Made by a program: the position numbers and the translations under genes. 64,000 nucleotides of DNA from Alphaproteobacteria bacterium. GTDB lineage: Bacteria > Pseudomonadota > Alphaproteobacteria > ATCC43930 > CGMCC-115725. Below are positions 30,673-41,285 of this stretch, one piece after another. The stretch covers positions 11,640 through 75,639 of the forward strand of contig JASHOB010000037.1 in assembly GCA_030041335.1 (NCBI GenBank), written 5' to 3'. The first letter of the stretch is position 1. Each line of letters starts with the position of its first letter. Under the pieces are notes generated by a model. That model was not told the DNA's origin, searched no databases, and saw nothing but the letters and a program-made list of their open reading frames with translations.

Positions 30673-30684
30673 CCTGAGCAGAAC

Positions 30685-33153
30685 CTATGCGGCCGCAGCG
30701 TCTGCCTCGCGGCGATGTGTGGCATGCCAACTCAACCGCATATAATTTCGGACGGCAACGTCGCTTGAGAATATGCCTGCTTTTGCAACATTGAGGATGG
30801 CGCGGCGCGCCCACTCTTCGGGGTCTTGATAAAGAGCCTCGACTCGTTCCTGACAATCCACATAGGAGCGGAAATCCTTGAGCACGAGGAAATGATCGCC
30901 ACCGGCCACTAAACTTTCGATGATCGGCTGGAAGCGATCGGGTTGGTCAGGCGAGAAATAGCCCGACGCAATGAGATCGAGCACGCCCGTCAATTCGGCA
31001 TCCGTCGCGGCGGTTGCGCGACTGTCATAGCCGGAAACACGCAGGTTGGCCACCTCCTCGACGGTGGCACCGAAGTTAAAGAAGTTCTCGGCGCCGACCG
31101 CCTCGCGAATCTCCGCGTTCGCACCATCCAAAGTGCCGATCGTCAGAGCGCCATTGAGCGCCAATTTCATGTTGCCGGTACCGGAGGCTTCGAAGCCCGC
31201 GGTCGAAATCTGCTCGGACAAGTCGGCCGCGGGGATGATGCGCTGCGCGTGGCTGACATTATAGTTCGGAATGAAGACCAATCTGAGGCGGTCATGCGCC
31301 AGGGCATCGGAATTCACAACGGCTGCTACGTCATGGATGAGCTTTATGATCAGTTTCGCCATCCCGTAACCCGGTGCCGCCTTGCCGGCGAAAATGACGG
31401 TGCGCGACACCGGATTGGCGGACGGATTGCGTCGTATCCGCGCGTACAGGGCGATGACGTGCAGCGCTTTCAAGATCTGACGCTTATACTCGTGGATCCG
31501 CTTGACATGGACGTCGAACAAAGAATCGATGCTGACGGCGATGCCGCATTCCCGGGCAATAAGGTCAGCGAGTTGACGCTTGTTCTCGCCGCGCACGGCG
31601 CGGAATGCGGCGCGGAAATCGGGATCATCGGCAAAAGGCCCGACCTCGGCGATCGCATGGTGTTCGGTCAGCCAACGTTCGCCGATGCGCGAGCAGATGA
31701 GTGCCGTGAGACCAGGATTGGCGTCGTGGAGCCAGCGGCGAAAGGTAATGCCGTTGGTAACGTTGACGATCTTGTCCGGATAGAGCGCGTCGAAATCGAC
31801 AAAGGTGGTTTGCTTCAATAATGCCGTATGAATTTTCGACACGCCATTGACTCGCCTCGAGGCGACTAACGCCAAATGCGCCATTCGAATGTGCCGCTCG
31901 CCATCTTCATCCACGAGTGACATGCGGCGAAGAATGCCGGCGTCGTCAGGCCGCTGAGCCGCGACCTGCCGTAAGAACCGGTCATTGATCTGATAGATGA
32001 TTTCGAGATGTCGCGGCAGCAGCTTCTCAAAGAAATGAACCGGCCATTTCTCGAGCGCCTCGGGCATCAGGGTATGGTTGGTATAGGCGAAGGTGCGATA
32101 GGTAATGTTCCATGCCCCGTCAAAATCGAGCCCATGCTCGTCGATCAACAGCCGCATCAATTCCGCGATCGCCAGCGAAGGATGGGTATCGTTGATGTGA
32201 ATCACCAATTCTTCGGGAAACTGCTCGAATGTTCGGTTGCGGCGCAAAAAACGCCGGAATATGTCCTGGATCGAAGCGCTTACAAAAAAATATTCCTGCC
32301 TAAAGCGCAGTTCGCGGCCGGCCGGAGTCGACTCGCTCGGATAGAGGACTTCCGACAATTTGGCGACGGCGTTGCGGCGTGCGAACGCCCCTTCGTGATC
32401 ACCCCTGTTAAATGATTGCAGGTCCAGATCGTCCTTAACACGAGCCGACCACAGTCGGAGCATATTGAGCCGTTGTGCCGGATATCCCGGAACCGGCATG
32501 TCATAGGCCGTGGCAACGACTTCTTCATCAGCGATCCATCGCCGCCCCACACCGGGCTCGTCCGCAACGCGCCCTCCGAAACGCACCAAATATTGCAGAT
32601 CGCGTCGCGGTATTTGCCATGGGTGACCGCGCTCCAGCCAATGCTCGGGCCGTTCGACCTGCCATCCATCTTCGATTCGCTGGTCGAACAATCCGGAATC
32701 GTAACGGATTCCATAGCCGATCGCCGGCACGTCCAAATTTGCCATACTGTCCAAAAGGCACGCGGCCAGCCGTCCCAGGCCACCATTGCCTAGCGCCGGC
32801 TCAACCTCGAGCTCAGCGACCTGATCGAGGTCAAATCCGAACCGCGACATTGTTCGGCGGCAGACCTCGTCCAAACCGAGCTTTTTCACTGTGTAGAGAA
32901 TGATTCGACCAGGTAGAAATTCCATCGACAGGTAGCAAACCCGTCGGCCCGCGTAAGAACCGGCATCGTCCATCGTGCTGATCGAATGCTCGGTGAGGTG
33001 CTCGCGAACGAGCATCGCGAGTGCGATCAGCCAATCCTGTGACGTCGCCAGCCGTTCAGATCTGCCCGTTGCCGATCGAAGATGGCGTAACAGGGAGAGG
33101 CTTTCCTCGGTCATTGCCAAAACGTTCTTATTGTCCTGATTTGATGTCAACAT
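30685..33153 (-). CDS. glgP: glycogen/maltodextrin phosphorylase
   Basis: 822 aa with YLSMEFLPGR, GLGNGGLGRLAAC and EASGTGNMKLALNGALTIGTLDGAN (PLP-Lys context). Confidence 0.9.
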   Translation of the reverse strand: MLTSNQDNKNVLAMTEESLSLLRHLRSATGRSERLATSQDWLIALAMLVREHLTEHSISTMDDAGSYAGRRVCYLSMEFLPGRIILYTVKKLGLDEVCRRTMSRFGFDLDQVAELEVEPALGNGGLGRLAACLLDSMANLDVPAIGYGIRYDSGLFDQRIEDGWQVERPEHWLERGHPWQIPRRDLQYLVRFGGRVADEPGVGRRWIADEEVVATAYDMPVPGYPAQRLNMLRLWSARVKDDLDLQSFNRGDHEGAFARRNAVAKLSEVLYPSESTPAGRELRFRQEYFFVSASIQDIFRRFLRRNRTFEQFPEELVIHINDTHPSLAIAELMRLLIDEHGLDFDGAWNITYRTFAYTNHTLMPEALEKWPVHFFEKLLPRHLEIIYQINDRFLRQVAAQRPDDAGILRRMSLVDEDGERHIRMAHLALVASRRVNGVSKIHTALLKQTTFVDFDALYPDKIVNVTNGITFRRWLHDANPGLTALICSRIGERWLTEHHAIAEVGPFADDPDFRAAFRAVRGENKRQLADLIARECGIAVSIDSLFDVHVKRIHEYKRQILKALHVIALYARIRRNPSANPVSRTVIFAGKAAPGYGMAKLIIKLIHDVAAVVNSDALAHDRLRLVFIPNYNVSHAQRIIPAADLSEQISTAGFEASGTGNMKLALNGALTIGTLDGANAEIREAVGAENFFNFGATVEEVANLRVSGYDSRATAATDAELTGVLDLIASGYFSPDQPDRFQPIIESLVAGGDHFLVLKDFRSYVDCQERVEALYQDPEEWARRAILNVAKAGIFSSDVAVRNYMRLSWHATHRREADAAAA

Positions 33154-33881
33154 GTAATGCAGGTGAAATGACCCGAATTAACATTGCGCGGCCGCTTCTG
33201 CCAATTCGAGCGCCGGTTCAATCGATTATCGGCAATAGACTTTAACACAATATCAAAACTCCGTCCGGACCTATGCCCGGACAGTCGGATAAGGAACGAG
33301 GAGAAAACCGGCTTTATTCCGCACCATTAACCGGAGCCGGCGGCGGAGGTGAAAACACATCGTCGGCCGCACTCCAAAGTTCGCGGTCGAGTCCCGATAG
33401 CGGGCCGACCCCAGCCGAGATCGCGCGTGTTGGCCGTTCGGGATCAGTTCGGCAATGTTGTTTCCCGGAAAATGCTAAGGATGGGGGAACCCGACACGAC
33501 GGCCCCGCCGACTCGATGCAACCAATCGCTTGACAGTTTGCCGCAAGTCGTGATCGACCCTGGGTAACACGAAGGATCTTTCGCCATGGTTAGCGCGTGC
33601 ATTTCGGCTCCGGGAAACGGCTCGATCTATTGGGAAAACGGTGATGAACTCTGGTCTGATAGGCCGTCTCACACCAGCGATGCGCGACGGCGAGTCGAGT
33701 GGCGTTTGTGCAGGCAGGAGACGTACCGGTTCCTGACAGGTTGCAAATTGCATAGCGGTCATGGCGTCGGCAATCGCAGCGAGGTCGTGCCTGAATTGAA
33801 TCCAGGCGGTGTTAGCGGGGATCGGCTGCGCTTGCCGTCGCCACCGAGCGTGACACTCGAACCGGAGCTCGGCCGCTCAGT

Positions 33882-36035
33882 ATGACCGAGCAATACCGCC
33901 TCGGGCCGGGTGCGTCTTATCCGCTGGGCGCGACCTGGGACGGGAAGGGAGCGAACTTCGCCCTGTTTTCCGACAATGCCGAGCGCGTTGAACTGTGTTT
34001 GTTTGACGAAGCCGGAGAACGGGAAACCGCTCGCATCCAACTGCCGGAATACACCGACCAGATTTGGCACGGTTACCTTTCCGAAGTATTGCCTGGCCAA
34101 CTCTACGGCTACCGAGTTTACGGGCCCTATGCGCCTGAGCGGGGTCATCGTTTCAATCATCACAAACTTTTGATCGATCCCTACGCACGGATGCTTGTCG
34201 GGCAATTTCGCTGGGATAACGCGGTCTTTGGTCACGTCGTAGGCGATCCCAAAGGGGACTTGTCCTTCGACGATCGCGACAGCGCCCCCTTCGTCCCGAA
34301 GGGCCGCCTGATCGATTGCGCGTTCAATTGGGACAACGAGCGCGCACCGCGTCGTCCGTGGTCTGATACAGTGATCTATGAACTGCATCTTCGCGGCTTC
34401 ACGATGCTGCATCACGGTCTGGCTCAGCGACTGCGCGGCACGTTCGCGGGCTTGGCCGATCAGAACGCCGTTCAATATTTGCGCGATCTCGGCGTCACGG
34501 CAGTCGAGCTGATGCCGATTCATGCCACGATCGATGAATTAACCCTGGTTAAGCGCGGGTTGCGCAATTTTTGGGGCTACAATCCAGTCGCATTTTCCGC
34601 GCCTGAGCCGCGCTACCTTGCCGATCAGAGCCCGGGCGAGATAAAGAAATGCATCCACGTTCTGCACGATGCCGGCCTCGAGGTGATTGTTGACGTCGTC
34701 TTCAATCACACTGCCGAAAGCCACGAACTTGGCCCTACCTTGAGCTTCCGGGGTATCGACAACGCCACCTATTATCAGCTCGATGCCCACGACAGGCGCC
34801 TCTATCGCAATTTCACGGGCACCGGTAATAGCCTGAATCTGAGCCATCCTCGCGTCATGCAGATGGTACTGGACGCGTTGCGCTATTGGGTGAAAGACTT
34901 TCACGTTGACGGTTTTCGGTTCGATCTCGCCACGACGCTATGCCGAGGTGAGGATGGTGCTTTCAATCCGCATGCGAGCTTTCTTGAGACCGTCGGTCAA
35001 GATCCGCTTCTCGCGAATGTCAAGTTGATCGCCGAACCCTGGGATATTGGTGACGGCGGTTATCGCCTCGGGGCCTTTCCCCCAGGTTGGGCAGAATGGA
35101 ACGACCGGTACCGCGATGTAGTTCGGCGCTTCTGGCGCGGTGAGCGCGGGCTCACCGGCGAGCTCGCCGCGCGCATCACCGGATCGAGCGACATCTTCGA
35201 GAAGCAAGGCCGCCGTCCGTGGGCCAGCGTCAATTATGTGGCCAGCCATGACGGCTATACACTCGATGACATCGTCAGCTATCGCGAAAAACATAACGAA
35301 CTGAATGGCGACGGCAATCGAGACGGGTCCTCACAGAACTACACTGACAACTACGGGGTTGAGGGTCCGACCGACGATGTTGAAATTCGGAACATTCGGC
35401 AGCGCCAGAAACGGAACATGCTGGCGACGCTATTTGTGTCGTTGGGCGTGCCGATGCTGCTGGGGGGCGATGAATTCGGCCGAACGCAGAAGGGCAATAA
35501 CAACCCCTTTTCGCAAGATAACGAAATCAGCTGGGTCGATTGGCTGCAATTGCAGAGCAGTGAAGGCGCGAAATTGCACGATTTCGTTCGCGAGCTTCTC
35601 CGCTTGCGTTGCGATCACTTTGTATTTCGTCGACAACATTTCTTTCATGGCCAGCCGCTCGTCGGCCGGCGTACCAAGGACATCACTTGGCTGAAATCGG
35701 ATGGACGCGAAATGGAGCAAAGCGATTGGCAAGACCGGACAGCTCGCCTCCTCAGTTATCGGTTAAGTGGCGAGGCCGGCGCGATTCATCGAACGCCGTC
35801 CGGCCAACCGGAGCGATACGACGACCTCTTGGTCATTCTCAATGCACATGAAGAGACGGTGCCCTACTCACTGCCCCAGGGGCCAACCGCGGCGTCGTGG
35901 CTGCTCGTGATCGACACGTCCGATGAAGGTGTCGCGGCCAAGGTGTTCGAACCAGGATCCGTTTTTCCCGTCAAACAACGGTCGCTCGTTCTGTTTCAGA
36001 GCGGCGCGGCTCTCGCCGCGGAACCCCCACGATGA
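33882..36035 (+). CDS. glgX: glycogen debranching enzyme
   Basis: 717 aa. N-terminus PLGATWDGKGANFALFS, GH13 motifs VDVVFNHT, GFRFDLA, AEPWD, YVASHD. Confidence 0.9.
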   Translation: MTEQYRLGPGASYPLGATWDGKGANFALFSDNAERVELCLFDEAGERETARIQLPEYTDQIWHGYLSEVLPGQLYGYRVYGPYAPERGHRFNHHKLLIDPYARMLVGQFRWDNAVFGHVVGDPKGDLSFDDRDSAPFVPKGRLIDCAFNWDNERAPRRPWSDTVIYELHLRGFTMLHHGLAQRLRGTFAGLADQNAVQYLRDLGVTAVELMPIHATIDELTLVKRGLRNFWGYNPVAFSAPEPRYLADQSPGEIKKCIHVLHDAGLEVIVDVVFNHTAESHELGPTLSFRGIDNATYYQLDAHDRRLYRNFTGTGNSLNLSHPRVMQMVLDALRYWVKDFHVDGFRFDLATTLCRGEDGAFNPHASFLETVGQDPLLANVKLIAEPWDIGDGGYRLGAFPPGWAEWNDRYRDVVRRFWRGERGLTGELAARITGSSDIFEKQGRRPWASVNYVASHDGYTLDDIVSYREKHNELNGDGNRDGSSQNYTDNYGVEGPTDDVEIRNIRQRQKRNMLATLFVSLGVPMLLGGDEFGRTQKGNNNPFSQDNEISWVDWLQLQSSEGAKLHDFVRELLRLRCDHFVFRRQHFFHGQPLVGRRTKDITWLKSDGREMEQSDWQDRTARLLSYRLSGEAGAIHRTPSGQPERYDDLLVILNAHEETVPYSLPQGPTAASWLLVIDTSDEGVAAKVFEPGSVFPVKQRSLVLFQSGAALAAEPPR

Positions 36036-38197
36036 GCGACGATGGACTTCTCGATCGGCTCGCGGCACTGGCCGGCATCGAGCCCGGTTATCACGACATT
36101 TCCGGCACCTGGCACGCGCCAACCGCCGAAACAAAGCGCGCGTTGTTGCAGGCAATGGGATTGCCGATCGAAACGCAAGCGGAGATCGCACGCAGCGTCT
36201 CACTGTTCGACGAACTGCCGTGGCGGCGAGCCCTTGAACCGGTCGAGGTCGTGACTGCGGGCCGTGGCGTGGCGGTCGTCTCCATGCGGTTCCGGAGCGA
36301 CCGTGCCGACCGTCCGCTGGGCTGGCGAATTGCCATGGAAACAGGGGCTACGATCTCTGGCAGTATCAGACCCAGTGACATGCCGCTGGTTGAAACCCGC
36401 CGCATTGAGGGACTGGATGTCGAGCGGCGTCAGATGACAATCCCAGTGTCGGTTACCCCAGGGTATCATCGCATCGAAGTGGACGGCGACGGACGGGGCG
36501 ATTTATCGGGGTGCCAATCGACGCTCATCGTCGCGCCGAGCAAGGCCTTTCTTCCGGAGCGCCTCACGCAAGGCGCTGGCACCTGGGGCTTCGCGGTTCA
36601 AGCCTACGCGCTTCAGGGACGTGACAGTTGGGGCATGGGCGATTTCAGCGACCTCGCCGGATTGGCGGCAACGTCTGCCACCTTGGGCGCAGGCGTCTTG
36701 GGCACCAATCCGCTACACGCCCTGTTTCCAGTCGATCCATCGCGCGCGAGCCCATATTCGCCGTCGAGCCGCTCATTTCTGAACACGCTTTACATCGATG
36801 TCACTTCAGTGCCGGATTTTGCAGATTGCCCCGACCTTCAGTCGACAGCCACACGCGATCTCGATGACCTCCGCAAGGCGCGACTGGTCGATTATCGCGG
36901 CGTGGCCGCACTAAAACTTTCCGCCTTCGAACGACTATACCGCGCCTTTCAAACGAAACACCTGATTCCCGGAACTGCGCGGGCAAATGATTTTCAAGCA
37001 TTTCGGCAGGAAGCCGGAAATGATCTCGAACGGTTCGCGATTTTCTCGGCGTTGGACGAATATTTCCGGGAAGGAACCCCCGGCAAACCGTTCGCCAGCC
37101 AGTGGCCTTCTGCCTATCGTGATCCTGACTCGCCTGAAGTCGCGAAATTTGTTCAGGCGCATTTTGATCGCGTCCTCTTTTTCCAATATCTGCAGTGGCT
37201 GGCGGACCAGCAGCTTGCCCGCGTCGCAACAGCTTGCCGCCGAGGCGGCATGTCGCTGGGCCTTTATCGCGATCTGGCGGTTGGCGTTGATCCGGAAGGG
37301 GCCGATGTATGGGCAAACGCAAGAGCCTATGCGGTAGGGATCTCGACCGGGGCGCCGCCTGATCCATTCAATTTGAAGGGGCAGAGTTGGGGCCTGCCGC
37401 CTTTCACACCATCCGAATTGCGCTCAGCCGCCTATCGGCCGTTCATTGCCGCGCTGCGCGCCAACATGCGCTACGCCGGCGCGCTGCGCATCGATCACAT
37501 CATGAGTTTGATGCGATTGTTTTGGATCCCAAAGTCTGAGGATGCCCGCAACGGAGGATACGTTCGATATCCTTTAGAAGACCTAATCGCCATCACCGCG
37601 CTCGAAAGCCACCGTGCGCGTTGCGTGGTCATTGGCGAAGACCTGGGCACCGTGCCGGCGGGTTTGCGTGAACGCCTTGCGGCGGCCAATATTTTGTCAA
37701 CGCGGCTCTTATATTTCGAGCACGACGGAACAAAGTTGCGGCCCTCGGCGGCTTATCCCCGGCTAGCCCAGGTCTCGATCAGGACCCAGGATCTGCCTAC
37801 GTTTTCCGGTTATTGGCGCGAATGCGACATCGCGATCAGCAAGACGCTCCACCTGCTATCGTCTCCGGAAAAGGAGGCGCAAATGCGACACGAGCGATCC
37901 GAGATGAGGCAGAGCATGCTTGCGCTCCTGCACGTCGCCGCGCCCAATAGCCCACCGGCAGAGGATGTGTCGGCGATCGCGGCAGAGCTTTATCGGTTCC
38001 TCGCCGAGTCTCCGTCTCTCGTGGTCATGGTGTATCTCGAAGATCTTCTGGGGATCGACGATCAAACCAATTTCCCCGGAACCGTCGAGGAACATCCGAA
38101 TTGGCAAATCAAATTGTCAGCTGATTGGCGTGACGCGGTCAATCAATCGAGAATCCTTGCGCTTGCTCGGAAATTGGCGGTGCTGCGTCCAAGCTGA
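36032..38197 (+). CDS. malQ: 4-alpha-glucanotransferase (amylomaltase)
   Basis: 721 aa. ATGA overlap with glgX. GH77-type motifs GMGDFSDL, SPYSPSS, RIDHIMSL, IGEDLGTVP. Confidence 0.9.
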   Translation: MSDDGLLDRLAALAGIEPGYHDISGTWHAPTAETKRALLQAMGLPIETQAEIARSVSLFDELPWRRALEPVEVVTAGRGVAVVSMRFRSDRADRPLGWRIAMETGATISGSIRPSDMPLVETRRIEGLDVERRQMTIPVSVTPGYHRIEVDGDGRGDLSGCQSTLIVAPSKAFLPERLTQGAGTWGFAVQAYALQGRDSWGMGDFSDLAGLAATSATLGAGVLGTNPLHALFPVDPSRASPYSPSSRSFLNTLYIDVTSVPDFADCPDLQSTATRDLDDLRKARLVDYRGVAALKLSAFERLYRAFQTKHLIPGTARANDFQAFRQEAGNDLERFAIFSALDEYFREGTPGKPFASQWPSAYRDPDSPEVAKFVQAHFDRVLFFQYLQWLADQQLARVATACRRGGMSLGLYRDLAVGVDPEGADVWANARAYAVGISTGAPPDPFNLKGQSWGLPPFTPSELRSAAYRPFIAALRANMRYAGALRIDHIMSLMRLFWIPKSEDARNGGYVRYPLEDLIAITALESHRARCVVIGEDLGTVPAGLRERLAAANILSTRLLYFEHDGTKLRPSAAYPRLAQVSIRTQDLPTFSGYWRECDIAISKTLHLLSSPEKEAQMRHERSEMRQSMLALLHVAAPNSPPAEDVSAIAAELYRFLAESPSLVVMVYLEDLLGIDDQTNFPGTVEEHPNWQIKLSADWRDAVNQSRILALARKLAVLRPS

Positions 38198-38389
38198 GTC
38201 AACATAACGACACCATTACTTCGACCCGCGGATGGCTTGCCGCCAATCATGTCCCCGATGCAACGCGACTCGATCATCCTCCTGGGGAATCACTCGGTCT
38301 TGCGACCATGTTTCGCATCATTGAAAAGGCGATCGACAAGCTGCGAACGGTGGGGCGAGGCCTCACAAACCCTGGTGCGGGGAACTCGC

Positions 38390-39739
38390 CTACGCGTTGG
38401 TGACCGCGAGCACGCGGTCGACCATGAGCTCCGAAAGCCCGAGATACCCGGTGGGATCGGTCAGCCGGCGAATCTCGGCCGCGGAGAGGGTGGCCATCAC
38501 GTCGTCGCGCCCGAGCAGCATATCGGCGAGGCTCTTCTCGCCCATGGCAGGGTTGTGGATGATCGCGTAGAGGACGTCGTGTGCCTTGTCCCGGCCCATC
38601 TTGGGTGCCAGCCCCATCATAACCGCTTCCGAGACGATCAGCCCCCGTGTCGCGTCGAGGTTAGCGCGCATCCGCTCGGCGTGAACCTCGAGCCCCTCCA
38701 GGACGAAACAGGCTTGCGCCAAGGCGCCGGCGGCGAGCGTAAAGACGCCTGGCAGCGCGATCCATTCGATCTCCCAAGGGCCCGTGGCGCGCTCATGGTC
38801 CTCGACCATCGCGTCGAGGAGCGATGCAACCCCCTGCCGCACCGCTGCGGCGCAGGCGTGTATATAGCAGCACGAAATCGGGTTGCGCTTCTGCGGCATG
38901 GTCGAAGACGAGCCGCGATTTGCGACATAGGGCTCGCTCGCCTCGCCGACCTCCGTCTGCATCATCAGCTTGAGGTCAGTGGCAAACTTGGCAAGCGTGC
39001 CGGTGAGAAGCCCGAGAAAGCAGCCCGCCTCCGCGATGCGGTCGCGTTCGGTGTGCCAGGCGATCTCTGGCGGCGCAAGCCCGAGCTCGCGTGCCAACAC
39101 TTCCTGCACCAAGAGCCCTTTGTCGCCAAGAGTCGCGAGGGTGCCCGCGGCGCCGCCGAACTCGAGCACCTCGATGCGTGGACGGATTTCGAAAAGTCGC
39201 GAGCGATGGCGCTTAAGCGTCGCAAGCAGCCGCGCCATCTTGAAGCCGAAAGTGATCGGAACCGCCTGTTGCAGGTTGGAGCGGGCGGGCATCGGCGTCG
39301 AACGATGATCGCGGGCGAGCTTTTCCGTTGCCGCAATGGCGCGGTCGAGGTCGCTGGCAATCAGGTCAAAAGAGGCCTTGATCTGCAGGATGGTGGCGGA
39401 GTCCGTGACGTCCTGGGTGGTGGCTCCCCAATGGCAGTATTTGCCGGCATCCCCTCGACAGAGATGGGCAATCTGGTGGACGAGGCCAAGCACTGGATAG
39501 CCGATGGTAAGCGTCTCCTTCGCATAGGCTTCAAAGTCGACGTTCTCGACCTTGCACACACTGCTGATCTCATCGGCCGCTTCCGGCGGGATCAGCCCTA
39601 CCGCGGACTCGGCGCGGGCAAGCGCCGCCTCCCACTCGAGGTATTTTTTGGTTCGGTACGTGTCCGACCAGACCTCGCGCATCGCGGGTGAGCCGAAGAT
39701 GTCGCGGAAGATCAGACTGTCGATGGCGCTGGTGGACAT
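38390..39739 (-). CDS. class II fumarase/aspartase superfamily lyase (adenylosuccinate lyase / 3-carboxy-cis,cis-muconate cycloisomerase-like)
   Basis: Start MSTSAIDSLIFRDIFG follows an AAGGGAG RBS. Signature GSSTMPQKRNP, plus WGATTQDV. The plus-strand 484-aa ORF is a shadow. Confidence 0.8.
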   Translation of the reverse strand: MSTSAIDSLIFRDIFGSPAMREVWSDTYRTKKYLEWEAALARAESAVGLIPPEAADEISSVCKVENVDFEAYAKETLTIGYPVLGLVHQIAHLCRGDAGKYCHWGATTQDVTDSATILQIKASFDLIASDLDRAIAATEKLARDHRSTPMPARSNLQQAVPITFGFKMARLLATLKRHRSRLFEIRPRIEVLEFGGAAGTLATLGDKGLLVQEVLARELGLAPPEIAWHTERDRIAEAGCFLGLLTGTLAKFATDLKLMMQTEVGEASEPYVANRGSSSTMPQKRNPISCCYIHACAAAVRQGVASLLDAMVEDHERATGPWEIEWIALPGVFTLAAGALAQACFVLEGLEVHAERMRANLDATRGLIVSEAVMMGLAPKMGRDKAHDVLYAIIHNPAMGEKSLADMLLGRDDVMATLSAAEIRRLTDPTGYLGLSELMVDRVLAVTNA

Positions 39740-39999
39740 GATGACTCCCTTGAACGTGTTGTCGGCGTGCGCGGTCGCCGGAGTGGATCGAAGCACGGGC
39801 CGCCGTGGGCATTGCTGAGCGCAGGCCTTCGCCTCAGTGGGCTTTTCAGCAACACGATCGCCCGAAAGTCTTCACGTTTCCATCTATAGCGCCGCTATTG
39901 TCTGTCATGACAGGGCTAGCCTCGACCTTGAGGGACTCTGCCGCGACTATGAAGAGGGGGTGCAGCCGCTGCGATGCCAAACGGCACGGTTTGCGCGAT

Positions 40000-40992
40000 T
40001 CATCGGTGCGAATCTCGGTCCCGCGCCAACCGCGGGAACAGTTTGAGTGCGTTATCCCTCGCCACCGTCACGCGCTCTCCATCAGTGAGCAAGTCGGTCG
40101 ATCGCAGGAAGGCGACGTAATCGCCGACGGTCGGTTCCGGGGTGAACGGGAAATCGCCCCCGAAAAGGATCTGCGTCACCGGTATAAGCCGACGCAGCGC
40201 GGGAATCGCGTGAGCGTTTGCGGCGCCGGCGGTGTCGCAATAGAAGCGCTGCATTTCCACCAGCGCCTCTGTCGCGTTCATGCCGGCCGCCGCGTTGCGA
40301 CTGCTACGGATAATTCGTTGAATGAGAAAGGGAAGGGTGCCTCCTGCATGCGGCAGGATGAATTTAATTTCGGGACAACGGCGGGTCGTGCCAGAAAACA
40401 CGAGGTTAACGGCGGCACGGGTCGTGTCGAAAGGAAATTCGATCATCGGTGCCGGCCGCCCAAGGCTGAGGGCCTCGAAGCAGGCGGGCGAGGTTGGGTG
40501 AAGGAAGACTACCGCCCCGCGACGGTTCAGCTCATCGAAGATCGGCGCCAGCGCCTCACTGCCGAGATAAATCCCGTGCGCATTCGTCATCAACACTATC
40601 CCATCGGCGCCAAGATGATCGAAGGCAAAGCCGATCTCCGCCAGGGATGCGCCCACGTCCTCAAGGGGCAGGGTAGCGAATAAGCCGAACCGTGCGGGAT
40701 GGGCCTTTACGTAGGCCGCTCCCGCTTCATTTACCGCACGCGCGAGCCGTACCGCCGCGTTGCCCCGAACAAACTGCACGCTCGGCGACGACAGGGACAG
40801 GATTTGGGTCGCGGTGTGACAACGGTCCATCATCCCCAGCGAATCCTCCGCGTTCCAACGCGGGATCGGTATCCCGCCGTCAAGCTTCGTCACGCGGGCG
40901 TCCCGCAGGGCCTCGTAATAGACCGGCGGCAGGTAGTGCGCGTGGACATCGATCCAGCCATCGCTGGCTGACGGCTTGTCGCCTTCCATCAT
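40000..40992 (-). CDS. amidohydrolase-2 family protein (ACMSD-like metal-dependent decarboxylase/hydrolase)
   Basis: WIDVHAHYLPP N-terminal metal motif. I chose the start at MMEGD because GGAGGAG lies just upstream; 41004 is an alternative start. Confidence 0.8.
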   Translation of the reverse strand: MMEGDKPSASDGWIDVHAHYLPPVYYEALRDARVTKLDGGIPIPRWNAEDSLGMMDRCHTATQILSLSSPSVQFVRGNAAVRLARAVNEAGAAYVKAHPARFGLFATLPLEDVGASLAEIGFAFDHLGADGIVLMTNAHGIYLGSEALAPIFDELNRRGAVVFLHPTSPACFEALSLGRPAPMIEFPFDTTRAAVNLVFSGTTRRCPEIKFILPHAGGTLPFLIQRIIRSSRNAAAGMNATEALVEMQRFYCDTAGAANAHAIPALRRLIPVTQILFGGDFPFTPEPTVGDYVAFLRSTDLLTDGERVTVARDNALKLFPRLARDRDSHR

Positions 40993-41285
40993 TGCTCCTC
41001 CCATGAATCCAGGTGTCTCAGTCTAATGCCGAATCATCAAAGATTGTGGACGGATGATCAGCAAGCGGAAGCCGAGCATGCGATCTTTGTGGACAATCAC
41101 GGACGGCGACAGCAATAGTTGGACAGCCGCCGGTGTCGGAGCTGTCAGCTCGCGTGTGGTCGCCGCGAATGTTTGATCATATGTGTCAGAATATCGATGG
41201 TGCCCTGCCGACGATCAAATGAACGCGACGGAAACATCCGGCCGTTTGGCGACCAGATGTTTTGGCCACGAGCGAGAGAGAAAAA

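Noticed and set aside
38237-39691. 484-aa plus-strand ORF
   Set aside because: It is antisense to the lyase that carries the GSSTMPQKRNP signature, and its composition is Arg-rich and non-protein-like.
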